Below, piece after piece: positions 17,415-19,635 of a stretch of 19,635 nt of DNA. Below the pieces are notes generated by a model. The model searched no databases and had not been told where the DNA came from. It saw nothing but the letters and a program-made list of their open reading frames with translations. This DNA is from a bacterium (GTDB taxonomy: Bacteria; Eisenbacteria; RBG-16-71-46): NCBI GenBank assembly GCA_043779265.1, contig JAYWEM010000125.1:1-19635 (forward strand), written 5' to 3'. The translations under genes and the position numbers were made by a program. Position 1 is the first letter of the stretch, and every line of letters begins with the position of its first letter.

Positions 17415-18008
17415 ATGCCTCCCTTCGTCCCCAGCTGGCTGCCACTGGCGCTCTCGCTGCTGTGCGCGGACCACGTGCCCGCGCCGCGCCAATCGATCGC
17501 CCCCGCATACTCGAACGCTGCCACCGTCACATGGACGATCTCGGTCGCCGACGCACAGGGTCGCCCGCTCGAAGTGCGCGGCCGCGTCCATGCGGTCGGG
17601 GGCGGGCTCTTCCCGGTGGGACGCGACACGACGTTGCTGTCCCATCTCGGTGCGGGTGGCCACTTCTACATCGACGGCACCGCCTCACTGCAAGTGCCGC
17701 CCGGCGAATACGACTTGATGCTGGGCCGCGGCTTCGAGTGGAAGGCGCGCAGCATCCGCCTCACCGTGAACCGCGACACCACCACGACACACACGCTCAC
17801 GCGCGCGTTCGACCTGCGCCCCGAGGGTTGGTACGGCGGCGAGATGTATGCGCACGCCAAGCATCCGCCGCTCGAATACCCGATCGGTCCCACCGAGGCG
17901 ATGCGCGTGGCGCGCGCCGAGGGACTCGCGGTGACGCACTTCCTCGACCAATGGGAGGGCTTCACCGGCACGCCACACGCCACCTCCGACAGCGCGAACC
18001 TGCTGTAA
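17415..18008 (+). pseudogene. Probable truncated CehA/McbA-family (PHP-like) metallohydrolase, N-terminal fragment
   Basis: Signal-like N-terminus and an Ig-like segment (LQVPPGEYDLMLGRGFEW). GWYGGEMYAH is a degenerate form of GWxxGDxHxH, followed by ARAEGL. The ORF stops about 50 aa into the catalytic domain, and I saw no continuation in the other listed frames. Confidence 0.5.
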
Positions 18009-18343
18009 CGGTGCGCATCCCCGGCTGCTAGGTGCGGGTCCCGCCCGGACCGTATCGGCGATCCTGGCACAAGGCACGCGTCCAGGTCCGCGAACTGCTC
18101 GATGGCCGGCTCTTCGTCCTCCACCCACGGCACAACCTCCGACATCCGCCGCCCGTTCTGACATCGGCTCGGCCTCCGACATGTGCACGCGAGCGGCGGA
18201 ACATCCCTGGCGTGCTCGCTTCTCACCCCAGGGACCGCCGAACCGCTTCGGTGGCGGGAGGACATGATCACTGACGCGTCAGGCGGACAGAGTCACTGAC
18301 TTGCGACAGTGCCAGCTTCCGGGGGGAAGGTCATTCCCGCTTC

Positions 18344-19542
18344 TCAGCGCTCGAGCCGCACTATAGTTCGCGAAGTGGCGGCGCCGCTCGCCGTGCGCAG
18401 GCGTGCTAGGTGCACGCCCGGGCGCGCACCCAGCTGCTGCAGTCGGAGCGCGTGCTCCCCAGCTCCGAGTGAACTCCACCGCTGCCGCGCCACGCACCGA
18501 CCTGCCACGTCGTAGAGCGCCACCTCTGCCCACGCCTCCGGCGAGTCGAGCAGGAGTCGCGTCTCGAGGGCGTCCCCTCGTTGCAGCGTGGCCGCGTGCA
18601 AGCGCGGAAGGCGTACCGCCGTGAGCGCGACGTCGAGCGTGTCCGAGATTGCTTCGCCACTCGAGTGCAACACGTAGCGCAAGCGACGGGCGCCGGATGG
18701 TAAGGCGTCGCGAAGGCGGACCGTGTTGACTCCAACGCGCTCGAGGCCCGCGTGATCGGCGAAGGCGGTCTCGTCGACGGCGCGAACTAATGAGATCGGA
18801 GCCTCGCCTGCGCCTGCCAAGCGCCACTCCGCCTCGACCCGGCCCTCATGCACACGATGCTCGATCACTTGTGCAGTCAGCAGAGTCGCCACTGTGCCAT
18901 CTTCGATCCGGAAGCGAGCGTGGCGGACTCCGAACTCGCCCGCCCGCTCTTCTGTCCACGCGACCGTGAACGTGCCGTCGTCGTGCACGAGCAGTGCGGG
19001 TTCGCTGCGCGTTCCGACGCCGGGGCATAGCACCATCCCTGTCGAGGGCCAGCCTGCGAGATACTGGCCGGTGTGCGTGTCAATCGCGTTAGCATAGAGC
19101 GTGCCTGCGTGCGCCCACACCACGACCGCTCTCCCAGCCGAATCAGCCCCAATCAAAGGCGGGAGCGTGAGCAAGGGAACGATCGCTGAGAGCGGGACGA
19201 CATCGGTCGACCAACCAGCCGGCCTCGTGCCACTGATGCTGCGTCCAAGAACGCCGATTTGAAGTTCGCCGGCCTGGTTGTTGATGTTGACAACTGCCGG
19301 AAGCAAGTAGTCTGACGATGTTGTCACTACCGCCTGCGGGCCGCGCCCGTAAGAGTCTCTGCCTGGCCGATTGGCGATTCCACTCGAGTACGGCAGGCCC
19401 TCCTCTGGCCAGCCAGGGGCAGTCGTTCCATCAGAGAGGAGCCGAATGAGCCGAAAGGCAGTGGGATACGGATACCTTCCGAACCACAGGGCGAAGCACC
19501 CTCCGGTCCCGTCGGGCATGACCAACAAGGATTGCCCCCTAG
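18344..19542 (-). pseudogene. 3' portion of an exported protein with beta-propeller-like repeats and an FlgD-Ig/T9SS-like C-terminal domain; 5' end missing
   Basis: Repeats PDGTGGCFALW, ADSAGRAVVVW, DDGTFTVAW and (A/P)GWP. C-terminal ALYDVAGRCV...GAGEH...PGVHLARL. There is no signal peptide or SD at TTG 19528, and an in-frame TGA at 19553-19555 lies inside the putative IS end. Confidence 0.65.
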
Positions 19543-19635
19543 CCCGGACTATTCACGAAGCGTAGCGAACACGAAGGCCTCCGCATGGTAGAAAGGGCTT
19601 GTTCAGGGACCTTTCTCCAAGGACGGAGGCCTTCG
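19543..19635 (+). mobile_element. Putative left end of an insertion sequence (IS1380-like), cut by the window edge
   Basis: Begins CCCGGACTATTCA, which resembles IS1380-type CC-starting terminal IRs (from recollection). It is followed by TGgTAGAAA (extended -10-like) and a GGAGG inside a long hairpin. It coincides with the break in the minus-strand gene. No transposase lies in the window. Confidence 0.45.
19572..19635. repeat. Nested inverted repeat / hairpin
   Basis: Perfect 12-bp IR CGAAGGCCTCCG (19572-19583) / CGGAGGCCTTCG (19624-19635), with an inner AGAAAGG / CCTTTCT pair. Confidence 0.85.

Noticed and set aside
1..19635. tRNA, rRNA or CRISPR array
   Set aside because: No cloverleaf-compatible sequence, rRNA-like tract or regularly spaced repeat-spacer series was seen by eye. 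A tRNAscan, Infernal or CRISPR scan was not run.

Overview
High-GC bacterial chromosomal window, with no RNA genes or CRISPR array seen. The gene content (giant GreA, Hanks-kinase fusions, an exported protein with an FlgD/T9SS-like tail) suggests an environmental Gram-negative lineage such as Ca. Eisenbacteria or FCB relatives; this is an inference only. In order: a lipoprotein and outer-membrane beta-barrel pair (-), a stand-alone B3/4 editing-domain protein (-), a 905-aa GreA with a large N-terminal extension (-), a PduO-type cob(I)alamin adenosyltransferase (+), a DUF4412-like secreted protein (+), an atypical Rho whose RNA-binding OB/CSD domain appears replaced by an Arg/Gly-rich disordered tail (+), and an exported alpha/beta protein (-). 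Next is a co-oriented (-) cassette: a Ser/Thr kinase-TM-TPR gene, then a 76-aa ClpX-derived mini-ORF joined to it by an ATGA overlap, then a ClpX-like ATPase lacking the Zn-binding domain and RKH loop but carrying a C-terminal extension. This is followed by a divergent Ser/Thr kinase-TM-PD40 propeller (+), a truncated CehA/McbA-like hydrolase fragment (+), and a 5'-truncated exported protein (-) that appears interrupted by an IS end (IS1380-like) at the window edge. The best novelty candidates are the kinase / mini-ClpX / ClpX-like cassette and the CSD-less Rho.
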